From the NCBI GenBank assembly GCA_013265495.1, contig MU058687.1, positions 186,001-250,000 on the forward strand: a DNA stretch of 64,000 bases, in the 5' to 3' direction. Every line of letters starts with the position of its first letter. Position 1 is the first letter of the stretch. The notes beneath the pieces were generated by a model. The model was not told where the DNA came from. It saw only the letters and a program-made list of their open reading frames with translations, and made no database searches. A program made the translations under genes and the position numbers. Shown here in pieces: positions 1 through 13,400 of this stretch. This stretch comes from Vicugna vicugna (lineage: Eukaryota).

Positions 1-1279
1 TTTTCTTGTATATGTTCCCCAAAAGACAACTTTTTAAAAAGTGCTTATTGTTAAATACTTCATAAAAATTCTGGAATATTTTGTGACTTTGGCTTCCTCC
101 ACACCCTCCCCCAATAAGTCTAGCTTGTGCTTCATAAGGGTCAAAGAGTTTGAAACTTCAATGTTCCCCAACAGTAATCTCCCAAGACCAGACAGGCTAA
201 AATGGCCATCCACCCCATTTACAGAAACAGCCAAAATGCCTGAACAGTAGTCAGTGCTCAGAGGTACAATTATGGAATTATCTTGAATTATCTGAATAAT
301 ATTCCCACATCTGCATGTCTACTTACTCAGGTAAAGTGTTACTAATAAATTTATAAAATGCTTGGAAATTCTTAGAGATTACATCCTGGAGTTAAATAAA
401 GGAAGTTTTCTCCCCAAAAACCATAACCAGTAGATGAATTGTTTGCTTTCTAGCTAGATATGATGAGTAAAATCCTAATTATCTGTAAAAAAAATTTTTT
501 TATGTTCTAAATGATTGGATTAAAGACATTTTGCCTTCTCTTCATTCTCTGAGCCTTAGATGATAAAAAGTGTCAAATACAGGAACATTATTCATGATGG
601 ATAAAATATTAAATTGTAGTATAAAAATTCAGAATTTATTATACTTCAAGCTAAACATTACTTTGAGTTATCTGTAAAGGAAGAATTTGCAAATAAACGT
701 ACCCTGGAAGTTTTAGAACCAAAACTAGATGCTTGTTGTTTTCCCAGGTATTTACAGAACACCAGGTTCTCAAATATTAATATGGTATATAATTTTTCCC
801 ATGAAATGTAATATATACATAAAAACCACATAGAAATTATAAATACAGGATTAAAGGCATTCATGAAGATATTATTTAGCTGAACCATCACTTGCTTAGA
901 TCTCTTTACTTTCTATAGACTCCTATCAATAACACTCAGCAGTTGGTTTTTTTTCCAGGATGTGTGTGTATATATATATATTATACATATACCAAAAACA
1001 ACATTTTATCAGTCCAAAAGCTTTACTACTTATGCATAGACTAAAGAAAAGTAAATCTGCATAGGGATACAGATGCTAGACTTTGAATAGGTTCACATAC
1101 AAACTGATTTCTTCATCTGGACTCATCAGCCTCATAGCATGATTTAAATAGCTGCCTATGTAAGTTACAAATGACTACTCAAATATGTGAAACATGGAAT
1201 GTTAAATTGAAGGAAAGGAATTTATTTGAAATGCCTTAGGAAAACTGACTATTAAGGTACATTATAAGCCCATTTATAT

Positions 1280-1730
1280 ATATGATCTGGCCAGCCTCTG
1301 CTTTTTTTTCAGATCTCATTTCATATTACTCATCTTTCTAGTTAGTAATCTGTAGCCACTTGCCTTCTTTCTCTTTGTTGAACATACCAAGTTGATTCCC
1401 CCCTGAGGACCTTTGTACTTGCTATTTCCCCTGCCTTAAAAACTCTGCAACCCTGGATTTCCATATTACTCATTCCTTCTTAATTTTCATACTTCAGCTC
1501 AGATGTCACCTCCTCAAAAGAGACCCAGCTACCCTGTCCCTAAAGCACTCCTCTAGGCAATAACTCTTACCACCTATAATTTCTTTCCATCTTTCTTATT
1601 TGTTTGTTCTCTTTCCCTCTCTCTATCAGAGACACACACACAAGTCCTGATAAGCATGTCAGTTTTGTTCATCAGCATCTACATTAGTGCTTGATACGTG
1701 TAGCAAGCATTCTATAAATATTTGTTGAGT
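1280..1730 (+). mobile_element. L2 LINE 3' fragment (ancient)
   Basis: L2-type motifs (ggacctttgtacttgct, cagctcagatgtcacctcctc) ending in ataaatatttgttga; boundaries approximate. Confidence 0.65.
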
Positions 1731-1952
1731 TATTCAACATATTTTATTATTAATTACAATAACTATTAGGTTAAATATTTAATTCTAAGAGTAATATGTG
1801 TTAATTATAAAAATAAGCAGTTCATAAATATGTGGAATGTACTGTGAAAATCTTTACTCTCCCCACCTGCCTCCCCAACTCCATGAGGTAACAGAAATAT
1901 TTGTATACTTTAAATTTTTTTCTGTGCACATACAAATAAGCAGTTATCTGTC

Positions 1953-1982
1953 TGTGTGCATGTGCATGCATGTGTGAGTGTG

Positions 1983-2014
<32 letters not shown>
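1953..2014. repeat. (TG)n microsatellite with TGCA interruptions
   Basis: Direct sequence. Confidence 0.95.
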
Positions 2015-2017
<3 letters not shown>

Positions 2018-2079
2018 GAATTACCTATATGTGTATGTTTGTACTGATACTATACCAGGCATATTTTTCCTGTTTTTTC

Positions 2080-2660
2080 TTTCAACAGTATATCAGGAAT
2101 CTCCTTCCATGTCAAAACATGCAGATTTAATGCATTCTTTTTTAATAGTGTGATTTTCTCCAGTATCACTATACAGCAATGTATTTAACTATTCCTGTAC
2201 TGCTGAGCATTTGGATTATTTCCAGATATTTTCTTGAGGAAGGGGTGTCTCTCTTTCTTTTTTGCTGTTACAAATCATGCTATAGTAAACATCTTTTCAC
2301 ATATATCCTTCAGCAGTTATTTGAGTGTTAACATGGGCCAGATTCCTAAAAGTAGAAAAGCTGAGGTTATTTATGTGCATTTAAATTTTTGTCAGATTGC
2401 TCCCAATGCTTATGCCAGTGTCTACTTCTATCAGTGGTATATAGGTGAGGATTATCCCCTCCACCCCCAACATCCTGAGTATTATCCTTACTTCTAATGT
2501 TTGCCAATATGATAGACAAAAATGGAGTATTATGCTTTAATTTGTATTCTTTAGTTCATTGTGACTTTGAACATCTTTTTATATATTTATTAGTTATGTA
2601 TGTTTCCTCTTTAAATTGACCAGACATATTTTTTACTACTTTTATCTTTTTCTTATTAAA
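2080..2660 (-). mobile_element. Old L1 3' fragment
   Basis: Antisense L1 3' motifs (gagcatttggattatttccag, tttaatttgtattctttagtt, gaacatctttttatatatttattag). Confidence 0.6.
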
Positions 2661-2729
2661 ATCTAGGCATTCTTCAGTATTCCTAGTAATTATCTAGTAT
2701 TGAGAATGTTATTACTATTATTGTTGTTG

Positions 2730-2890
2730 CAGTTAACATTTATGAACTATGTAGCAGACTCTACATGGATTATCTCATTTAACATTCACAACAAGTAGAT
2801 AATGTTCTCATTTTAAGATAAAAAATCCTCAATCCTCATTTTAAGATAAAGAAACTGAGGCTCAGATAGTTGTGTAAAGTGCCCAAGCAC
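2730..2890 (-). mobile_element. MIR SINE
   Basis: MIR core cattttaagataaagaaactgaggctcaga. Confidence 0.7.
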
Positions 2891-3744
2891 TGCTGAACAC
2901 TATCACTGAGATGGGCAGTTTGTCAATAGCTATTACAGTCTTCAGTGTGTATTTACTTTGTCTCAGCTATTCTATATTAGGAATTTTTCATACTCAACAT
3001 ACATGAACAAAGATGATGGACCAAGTATATTCATTGCAGTATAGCTTGTGTAAAAGACTGCAATCTAATGTCTATCAGTGGTAAACTAGCTAAATAAATA
3101 ATATATATCAAGGGGAAAAAATGAGGTAGGAATTACCTATATGTGCTGAAACAGAATAATTTGCAAGATATATTATTAAGTAAAAAGAAGCAAAGTAGAT
3201 ATTTTATGTACATATATGCATAGAATATTTCTGGTGATAGCTGTTATCTCTGGGGAAGGGAAAAGGGCGTGGGTAAGAAAGAGAATTTATATTTGTTTGT
3301 ATTGCTTGATTTTTGTTATTGTTGTTATCTTGTGTGTTACTCTTTAAATTAATAAAAAAAAAGACAAATGATCTCCCCCCCAAAAATACAAACAAAATAT
3401 TTGTACAGTCATGTTCATAGCAGCATTATTCACGATAGTCAAAAGATGGAAGCAACCCAGGTGTTCAACTACAAATGAATAGCGAAACAAACAAACAAGA
3501 TGATGAAGGAGAGAAGTACAGGAGGGAAGAGGAAGAAGAGGGGGAGGACATGGTCAAATCTAAGCAATCTGATTGAAGATTTCACACTGCAATTTAATAC
3601 AGTTTTCAGAATTATTAAATGTATTTTATTTTAGTTTGTTAATTTGTCTTTTTACTTTATTCATAATTGCTGTATGGAGTTTTAAAATTTTTATTTGTCA
3701 AATTTGTCAAATTATTTGTTTCTGCCTTTTGGCATTAAAATGCT

Positions 3745-4000
3745 ACTATGAACATTGGTATCCAAATATCTCTTTGACCCTGCTTTCAATTCTTTTGGGT
3801 ATATGCCCAGTAGTAGGATTGCTGGTTCATGTTTTTAATTTTTGAGGGAACTGCCACAGTTTTTTATAGCATCTATACCATTCTACATTCACACCAACAG
3901 TGCACAAGGATTCCAGTTTCTCCATATCCTTGCCAATACTTGTTATTTTCTGTTTACTTGATAGTAGTCATCCTAGTGGGTATGAGGTGCTATCTCCTTA
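3745..4000 (-). mobile_element. L1 ORF2 3' fragment
   Basis: cttttgggtatatgcccagtagtaggattgctgg ... caccaacagtgcacaaggattccagtttctcc, typical antisense L1 ORF2 end. Confidence 0.8.
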
Positions 4001-4044
4001 TTTCAGAGTCAGAAACTAAGAAAAGAAATTATTTGTTCACTCAT

Positions 4045-4870
4045 GGAAGCAGGCCAATTTGCTAAATGCCTATTCACTCGATGTCCAATTCTCCAAAGAC
4101 CTAGTTTATTGAATGACAGATTTCATGAAATTGATTGATACAAACTTAGCCAAGTTTTACTGATTAATATTCACAAGATTGCTTCACCAAAATCTTGTCT
4201 TTATTACCTACTTAGAACGATATAGAAAATTGTGTTGCTTAGAATGATTTCAACACCTTTTGAACTTTTCTTTAAGGTTTTATTTAGTGTTAATTTTACT
4301 GCAGCTGTTTTATCCCAGCTGTTGGATTTGTCAGTCCATTTTTGTACAATGTCAGTTTCATATTTTAGACACTGATAACTTCTCAAATGATTAAAACACA
4401 GAAAAATAGTAATCCTAACTGAGTTGATGAGTGAATCCTTATATTTAGAAAAGTACAAAAGACAATGGAATAGATTAAAAATGTATTGAAAGACAGAACT
4501 ATGCCCTGGACATCCAAAATCTATCCAACATTTGTAAATCAATGAGAAATTCTCCTTCTGCAAAGTTATATTCTCAAGTAAAGTGCCCCAATGCACTGAA
4601 ATTTGGTTATGGCCAAACAGCTGCATCCAAATGGCTGAAAACTAAGCTGAAACTGAATTAGCACTTTAAATGAGTAAACAAAGCAGGACATACCTTCAGA
4701 AGTTATCCTACCTAAAGTGATTTCTATCGTATTCTGTCCTGTCATATTTAAAATGAATTGCTATAATTTGTAAGTAAACAGTTTCTCAGTAAATCAGGAA
4801 AAGAATAAATTTAACACATTGACCATTTGGTGAATTCATCAAATTGGCTTTGTGAAAATTGACCAAGAGT
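4045..4870. mobile_element. Possible ancient non-autonomous DNA transposon with inverted subterminal repeats
   Basis: Left end ggccaatttgctaaatgcc (from 4052) resembles the reverse complement of right end ggctttgtgaaaattgacc (4846-4864); degenerate ~15-nt repeats at both ends. Confidence 0.35.
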
Positions 4871-5823
4871 CTTCGTCTGCACTTGTAAAATGACACTAAA
4901 TAAGTGGCAGAACCCAGAATTGAGCCTACATTTTCTAATTAGTATGTAATCACTATTTTTTCTGCTACCTCACACTTTCTAAATTGAAGACATGAGATGG
5001 ATGGAGATGCAGTACAATGAAAATGTGTGCAATAAAGTTTAAATTATCTGAAAACTGATTCCCCTCTTCCAAAAGATATGTGTGACATACTAATTAGATC
5101 TTTTGAGAGAAGATATCAGAATACTAGCTGAAGGGGTTGGTTAAATCACAAAGTTCTGATATAAAAGTGCCCAGATGGACTGTTATAAAAATTTCTTTTA
5201 ATTTGAAACTTATTTTTCTACTCAGAAAGTTGAAACTAAGATGACTTGTGGGACTTGAGATGACACACACAGCTAACTCAGGCCACTCCATTCTCAGCTT
5301 TTCCCCTTGTCTCCACCAGTATGGAAAACGCATTAAGGATCTTTATCCAGGGTACATTTATTCTCTGTAGTCTTTGAAGGGTCAGTTACCAGGACATAGA
5401 CCTGGGCCCTACATTCTAGGCATTACCATGTGGATATAATATAAATTCTTTTGGGTTAAGAGGGGGTTGAGCATTGAATTGATTCTACCTAGTTTGTTGT
5501 TGTTGTTGTTTTAAAGAAGAAATAATTACCATATTTTCTCTTTTGTCTATGAAAGAAGGAAGAGTCTTTGTACCACCATTGATTATATCTAAAGTGATAA
5601 GGTATTTCCTCTCTTGGTGATTTCAGTAGCTATTCTTAGTTCAGATCAGTTTGAAGAGAGGAAGAAAATATTCTAGTTGGCTTTCTTAATGAGAAAAAAC
5701 TCCCACACAGTCTTTAGCAATCCTGCCATTGGACAGGTGGATCTCAGTTCTCTCTAAAAACCATTGTCTTTATGCTTATAAGGAAGGTGATGGAAGGAAA
5801 AGCTTTCAAATGAGCATGTAGAG

Positions 5824-5900
5824 CGGGAAGGTGTAGCTCAGTGGTAGAGTCCATGCTTAGCATGCGTAAAGTCCTAGGTTCAATCCCCAGTACCTGTGTT
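5824..5900 (+). mobile_element. tRNA-derived SINE (vic-1-like)
   Basis: A box gtagctcagtggtagag and B box ggttcaatccc; same head as four other copies in the window. Confidence 0.8.
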
Positions 5901-5968
5901 GGTTTTTTTTTTTATCTCCCCCTCCCCCACAAAAAAAATCATGTTAATCAAATTGCTTTCTTTTTCAG

Positions 5969-6095
5969 GAAGCAGTAGGAGACACGTTAGAAGAACTGTG
6001 GATCTCCTACAATTTTATTGAGAAGTTGAAAGGGATCCATGTAATGAAGAAATTGAAGATTCTCTACATGTCTAATAATCTGGTGAAAGACTGGG
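5969..6095 (+). CDS. DNAL1: Dynein axonemal light chain 1, internal coding exon
   Basis: ttttcag|GAA ... TGG G|gtaag; 127 nt; encodes [42 protein letters not shown] (leucine-rich repeats). Confidence 0.95.
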
Positions 6096-6948
6096 GTAAG
6101 CTGAGGCTGGCTTTTTGCTAACCTTCTACCTCCTGCTTATAGAAAATAACCCAATAGGGAAGGAGATGCGAAATGGGGACATTTCTTTCTAAGCACAGAG
6201 AGAAATAGCTATAGGAGTACCTATATTTCAGTTAAACACTTGAAATTTACATTTAAATATTTACCTAGAATGATTATAATTGAATAGATTCTGGTACTAT
6301 TAATTGTGAAAAAAATTATTGTCCAAAGGCTAAAGAGAATCAGTTTAAATTTAATAATTATTGGGTGGAAGACTTATTTAACATCTACATTGCTTTGCTT
6401 TTTATTTACATTATTTGTTCAGCATTTTAAAGCCCTATTATGTACTGTGAACTATGACAGGCTCTTGAGATACTTATTTGAATGACGCTATCCCTGCCCT
6501 CAAGGGGAGATTAGTTTATAAGCTAATAATTATAAAACTGTGTGATAAGTTCTACAATAGAAGCTTGAATGAGTTGCTTTAAGAATCCAGAGATGAGGGA
6601 CTGAGTAGAGACAAAAGCAGTTTAGCTTAGCCCGTCCTGATGCAGTACAACATAGAGAAGACCTGTCACTGGAGACTGAGTTGATTCTGAACCTCATTTC
6701 CTCTTCTTATCCCTTCCTTAGGCTAGCATAAAGGTAGATGAGGTATGTCTCCCTTTCCCTCCCTTTCCATAATGTCCTCAGAGAATGACTTCATATGGTA
6801 GAACTTCCCTTATTTCCTTCAGAATCTCAAATAACAAATTGTTCTGAATAGTGACAAACGGAGGGGTAGTAATATTGGAATTCAACCCCTGAAATCATAA
6901 CGGTAAAACTTGCCATTTTAATGTGGAATGCATTCTTTGTACTTATAG

Positions 6949-7089
6949 CTGAATTTGTGAAGCTGGCAGAACTGCCATACCTGGAAGACCTGGTGTTTGT
7001 AGGCAATCCCTTGGAAGAGAAACATTCTGCTGAGGGGAACTGGATTGAAGAGGCTACCAAGAGAGTGCCCAAACTGAAAAAGCTAGATG
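6949..7089 (+). CDS. DNAL1: Dynein axonemal light chain 1, penultimate coding exon
   Basis: tatag|CT ... GAT G|gtgag; 141 nt, phase compatible; encodes (A)[46 protein letters not shown]. Confidence 0.95.
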
Positions 7090-7965
7090 GTGAGTGTCTC
7101 CGAGGCAGCTTGGAAATGTTTTCTGGTTGTAAGAATTGAATTTGTAACCTAGAATTATGAATGGGAGCAAAACTAAAGAAAATGATAGGTTGTTTCTAGT
7201 CTCCAAGGCCATTTCTGTACATAGGAAATTTTATGGCTCAAGTTTGGGCCAGGGTGAGATGAAAAACTTCTAGAATGTTTAGATTGGTATAAGATCATCC
7301 CTAAACCAAAAGCTTATTGGAAAGCTGGACTTATTCTCAAGTCCCAAAGAGACTGTCTTGCAAAATAATTACATATAAATAGTAAGCAGTTGTTTTCAAA
7401 ATTAGATTAAAATTGTAGTGTTCTCTCCCGCCTAATTTTTGCTACCCAGTATCTAAGATAGGTGTCAGTGTCAGTAGAGATCCCCGAATGACTGGGTTCA
7501 AGTCCCAGTTCTACCACTTAATAGCTTTTTTGTTACTGTTCTAGTTCATTGATCTTACCAAACTTTGTTCTTTTGTCATCTAAAAACTAGAAATGGTAAT
7601 AGTCACAGACCTCTCTGGGTCTTTCCTCCTCCCAGTGGTGCTCACAGGAAGCCAGGCCAGGGATCTGACTGTTCCAGCACCCATAGACTTTCCTCCTTTC
7701 TGCCAGCCCAAGGCAATATCTTTCTAGTCTGAGAAGATCACTATCCCCCTCCTTCCTTTTCGCATCATTCTACATTTTCCCACAAACTCTGTCTTCTCAG
7801 TAATCTTCTTGGGCTTTTTTCAAAGACAAAAGCCAGTAATTCTGATGGTCTGTTTCTCCTTTCCACATGGCTCCTGAAGCAATGTGCACAGAGCCAACTA
7901 GCCTGCTTGATTGAATGGGGGGAAAAGAAAATACTTAGAAGAAGCAGATAGTAATATCCAGCTAC

Positions 7966-7988
7966 ATCATCATCATCATCATCATCAT
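7966..7988. repeat. (CAT)n microsatellite
   Basis: Direct sequence. Confidence 0.9.
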
Positions 7989-8339
7989 ACCACGCACCAA
8001 ATGCATATTCTCCCTCTGTCTTCATCACCATACTCATACTAATATTCACATCCAAAACAAAAGGACCTAGTTGTCTGTGGTTGAGGCTTCCTTGTCCTTC
8101 AACCCTTCTCTTCCCTCTTCCCTACCCCTATTGCCCTGCCATTCTATCCTTCCTATTCTGTATCTCTTCATCTCTCCCTTACCACCTCCATCTACAGCTG
8201 AGTATTCAACCCTTTTATCCACACCAGCTTACTATGATGGTTGTTCTTAACTGGGGCTGCATCCCCATGAAGGGATATTTCAGAATCTGGAGAGAGAATG
8301 AAGGAGGTCTAGAGAGTATGAAAAAGTTTTGTAGGTGAT

Positions 8340-9235
8340 TTTTTTTCTTTCTTTCTTTTTTACTTTTTTTTTTTATTGAACTATAGTCAGTTTACAATGT
8401 TGGGTCAATTTCTGGTGTATAGCATAATAGTTCAGTCATACACATACATACATATATTTGTTTTCATATCCATTTTCATTGTAGGTTACTAGAAGATACT
8501 GAATAGAGTTCCCTGCAGTATTGTATAAACTTATTGTTTATCTATTTTATATATAGTAGTTAGTATCTGGAAATCTCAGATTCCCAATTTATCCCTTCCC
8601 ACCCCCTTCCCCAATGGTAACCATAAGTTTGTTTTCTTTGTCTGTGAGTCTGTTTCTATTTTGTAAATAAGTTCATTTATCTGTTTTTTAGATTCCATAT
8701 ATAAGTGATATCATATGGTATTTTTCTTTCTTTTTCTGGCTTATTTCACTTAGAATGACAATCTCCAGGTCCATCCATGTTGCTGCAAATGGCATTATTT
8801 TTTATGGCTGAGTAGTATTCCATTGTATAAATATACCACATCTTCTTTATTCAGTCGTCTGTCAGTGGACATTTAGGTCGTTTCTGTGTCTTGGTTATTG
8901 TAAATAGTGCTGCTATGAACATTGGGGTATATGTATCTTTTTGAGTTAAAGTTCCCTCTGGATAAATGCCCAGGAGTGGGATTGCTGGATCATATGGTAA
9001 GTCTATTTTTAGTTTTTTGAGGAATCTCCATACTGTTTTCCATAACAGCTGCACCAAACTACATTCCTACCAACAGTGTAGGAGGGTTCCCTTTTCTCCA
9101 CACCCTCTCCAGCTTTTATCATTTGTGGACTTTTTAATAATGGCCATTCTGACTGGTGTGAGGTATAGTTTTATTTGCATTTCTCTGATAATTAGCAATA
9201 TTGAGCATTTTCTCACATGCCTATTGGCCATTTGT
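8340..9235 (-). mobile_element. Relatively young 5'-truncated L1 (ORF2 C-terminus, 3' UTR, poly-A tail)
   Basis: T-rich tail at 8340-8375; ORF 8851..9057(-) [28 protein letters not shown]...TPMFIAALFTI is the L1 ORF2p C-terminal signature. Confidence 0.93.
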
Positions 9236-9675
9236 AAGCAGCACCATTTTAATAGCTATAAGTTGAAAACAACCCAAATGCCCAACAACAATAGAATAAA
9301 TAAATTATGACATTTGTACTATGGAGTATTAAACAGCAATGAGGATGAATGAACTGTAACCTCACACAATATAGATGAATCATACAAACATAATGTCAAG
9401 CAAGAGAAGCCAGACACAGAGTGCATGCTGTATCATTCCATTCATATCAATTTTGAAGTCAGACAAAATAATCTACAGTGTTAGACATTAGGAGTGAATG
9501 TACCTGTTGTAGGATAGTGACATAGTGACTGGAAGAGGGCCCGAGGAAGTTTTTGGGGTTCTGATAATGTCCTAATCCAGTGCTGGCTACCAGATGTGTT
9601 CACTTTGTGTACATTTATCAATCTATATGCTTATAATTTGTGTATCTTGTATGTATGTTATACTTCAATAAAATA
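9236..9675 (+). mobile_element. Older L1 3' end
   Basis: aaacaacccaaatgccc, aagcaagagaagccagacaca, tatacttcaataaaa terminus. Confidence 0.75.
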
Positions 9676-10455
9676 CTCGCTCTCCCCCCACAGATGCTGT
9701 AGGGAGTACAGAGAGGTAAAACTACCATAAAGAACATAAATGTTCATTTAGGAAGAATTACACAGGAAGAGGCGCTGGAGTTGGTTCTAATTAAGGGTAG
9801 AGCTTAGATGAAAGGAGTGTTGGGGAGGGCATCCAAAATGGAGGAATTTTGTTAACCAAGAGTCCAGACATGGGAGTTTGCAAGATTAGTTTGGGAGACA
9901 GTGAGTTGATCAGTTTGGCTGAAGTGGAGGGGGACTGACTGTAGAGTTAAGACTGCATAGTTGACTAGGGTCAGGCTGTGGACACACTTCAAATGCCAGA
10001 GCTCAGAAATGGGTGGCTTTTGGCCCAGTGAAAGCCTGCAAATGTATTTTGTTTTCTGTGCTTTTGTTCTTTTTTTTTTTCCATTTTATCCCCAATGTTT
10101 AATATTTGGCAGAGTAACATAAAAATTCAATACTGAGATAGCCTATTTTATTGTGCTTATGTTTATCATACAAAGTTTGTATAGGGCTTTATTTTTCTGC
10201 CTAGTACCTGAGGGCGTTTTTATTTGCAACTCTGCATTTGAGGAGTTCATAATTACTTATATTAATCCATTTGCAGATTCTCCTGGGAGGCTCCTTTGGA
10301 TAATTTGAAATTAAAGAGATTATTTTGTGAAATTATTTTTATTGTGGCACATGTCACAGCATGTCAGAGCTCCTCAGGTTAACAGAAAACTATTTTCATT
10401 TAGAATTTAACAATCTGTTGAGAATGACCAGAAATAATTTTCTTTTTCATTTTAG

Positions 10456-10496
10456 GTACTCCAGTAATTAAAGAGGATGAGGAAGAAGATAACTAA
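10456..10496 (+). CDS. DNAL1: Dynein axonemal light chain 1, last coding exon
   Basis: ttttag|GT ACT CCA ... AAC TAA; encodes (G)TPVIKEDEEEDN*. Confidence 0.93.
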
Positions 10497-13400
10497 CACC
10501 ACATTTTCCACTTTGTGTTAACTTATTTAAATCTCATAAGAACTATAGATAAGTTGTCTATTTTAAAGATTCTGTGTGGGGCAAATGGTTCTTAAGATAA
10601 AACATATCTCTTTTTTTCTCTTAACCTATCCAGTATTTCTCCCCCAAAATGGTAACCCCAACTTTAAATATTGTAGTTTTCTTTTTAGAAACTACAAATT
10701 TCTAATTTTTGTCTTCAGTCCCAGTTATGTACTATATGGCCCCATCTACTGAAACCATTATAGACCAGTCATTTTTAATAACAAAGGAACAAATATGGTT
10801 CTTTAGTTTAGTTTTTTTTTTTTAGGCCAGGCATTTGAATATTTATATTTAACTTTTAGATCATAGGCCATCCTTCCTAAAAGTCTGCCTCTTTATAACT
10901 CAGAAGCACAAATGTGTCAAGCCTTTGGTTTGGGAAGTGTTCCTCTTAGAAATGCAGCAGCAGCCCTAGAATCAAGACTGTAAAGTCCAGTCGGAAAAGC
11001 TATGGTGAAAAAAGGAAAAAATTAATATCTTGGAGGCCTTATAGCCCATGTTATATTTACTTATTTGTTGTCCCCAAGGTGTGTGCATTGTCAACTGGAA
11101 TTTAGGTTGTATTTACCTGCATGGTCACTCAAGTCCTGTGCACAGTCAGCCAGTCATTCCATGATTCAGGTCAGTGGTTAAAATGACTGTCATCATCACT
11201 CCTTTGACTAATACTTTGACCTTATTACACATATAATGTGAACCTGATCTTAGGCACACTTTTTGCTTTATAGTTTCTTATATGTTAGATAAGGAAATAT
11301 ATAAAAGCAGTAGTTATATTTTAATTCCAAGCCTAAATGTTGGCCATTCATTTTTGTCAAGATCTGCCCTAATAACTTCAGTCTGTTGACCCTCATGTTG
11401 GGAGAAGTGATTGTTATAAGGGTATAGGCTTAAAGACTGGGTTCAGTACCTTTCAATAAGCGGAATTTAGTATTTCAAAATATATTTTTGAAAAGTTTAA
11501 AGTTAAACAGCTCTTAAAGTGAATTATGTTAAATGGTTGTGGAGAGAAAAGAGAGATTTCATTATGGAATCCCAGGCAAATAGCAGTAGTTTTGAGGATT
11601 GCTTCTTCTGTGAAGCATTGCAGGCGACTTAACCTTAAAATTGCAAAGCAATAGTTGCATGGAGAGCTTAGAATTTATCATATAAGAAAAAAATTGTTTT
11701 TGGAAAATACAAGATAATGGTAGTCAGTAACCAGATGAAGTCCATAGCAGGCTGTGACTGAATCACTGATAGACTGCAAGAAAAAAGTCAAGCCCTCTGC
11801 CAAATTGTGCCTAAAGTCCCTCAACCAGAGACTGTTGATTCTTATTTCTCCATTTACTTGTGTAAAGCCAGTCAAAGAGGGGACAGTCATTAAAAAAAAA
11901 AAAAAAAAGATTGCATAAGTAGTCCTGGCTTTCAGAAGTTTTTAGCTGTCATTTAAGTAGGAATTACATAATTTCTCTGAGTCACTCTGATCAAAAGGGA
12001 CCACTGCTTTGACAATCAATTATAAATAAAATTCCAACACTTTTTTAGCTTCCTTTTAGCTCTTCCTTACAATCTTATGGGAAGAAATATTTACTTTGAC
12101 TGGCTTATACATTCAAAGCCTTTGGGTATTTCTTTTGTGAACCATAGGCAATGAGAATTCCCCTTGGTAATATTTAAGGCTCATAAGCTAAGAGGGAAGA
12201 CGATCTTCTTTTCTTGTACTTTGCACTTCATCTAGTAGATAAGCTTGAAGCCATATTGCTATGTAAGGATATATTTTCTAAAAGTTACTCTGAAAGTGAA
12301 TATAATAGGGAATGAATGACTTCATATTGAATTTATTTATAAAATGACTTACAGTATTGGTATTTGGTTTTTCCGAATTCTGTAATATAGAATCTAATCT
12401 CTCTGTCTCTCCTTGTTTCTTAATGTCTTTTAATCATTGGTAATTCTCAGAGAAGTGTAAGGTACTTTTCTGTGTCCATTTCACACAAAATTCATAATTA
12501 AGTCCCACTCAACAAATATTTGAATGACTTCTGTGCATCCTTTTCTTGGAATTAAAGCCAGAATCCATGTCACCAGATAATGGAAGATAAGGTACATGAA
12601 GAAGTTCAGAATATTCTCTCAAATCATTCCTCAAATCATCCTTTACTGCTGCAGATTTAGCTGATATTAAATGCTTTTGGTTTATGCTTCTTGGATTAGA
12701 TATTTGACCTACTTGGAATGGAGTCTGTGCTCTTTGTTTAAAGCATTATGCCATTTTAGTGGATCATTAAATTTCTTCTATTTTCATAATGATAGAACCA
12801 GTACAGTATTTTAATTTTTCACAGGGAATTTTATTTAATCAAGGAATTCAACTATCCTATGTTCCCTAACTCTAAGCTTATATCTGTATTACCTAATCAG
12901 GTCTTGTATGGTTTTCATGTTCTCTGTTAATAGGAGTTCGTTCCTTTAAACCAGAGTTTCTCATCCTTGGCACTGTTAACATTTGAGGTTGGATAATGTT
13001 GGGGGCTGTCCTGTGTAGTATAGGATGTTTTAGCAGCATCTCTGGCTTTTACTCACTAGTTGCCATTAGAACCCTCTCCCAAATTGTGACAGCCAGAAAT
13101 GTCTTCAGACATTGCCATCTGTCCTCTGGGGCAGAGGTCTGGGAACAAATTGGCCCCTGGTTAAGAACCAGTTCTTTATAGCAACGTTCCTTTTGTCCAG
13201 GGTCCATTTATTTTCACTTTCTAGCCGTGAGCCACCTGAGTTATTGTATGGAAAGAAGGTGATGTATTTAATAATCATGGATGGAAGGAAATGGTCACTG
13301 GTGTTTTCATTTGTAATGCTCATTTTAATAATTTTTACATAACACTAGAAACTCAGGGCTGGAAGGGTTCAACTTATGTTTTCAGCAGGGTCTCAATTTT

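Noticed and set aside
5824..5900. tRNA genes (this and the four similar copies)
   Set aside because: Diverged stems, A/T-rich tails and target-site duplications indicate SINEs.
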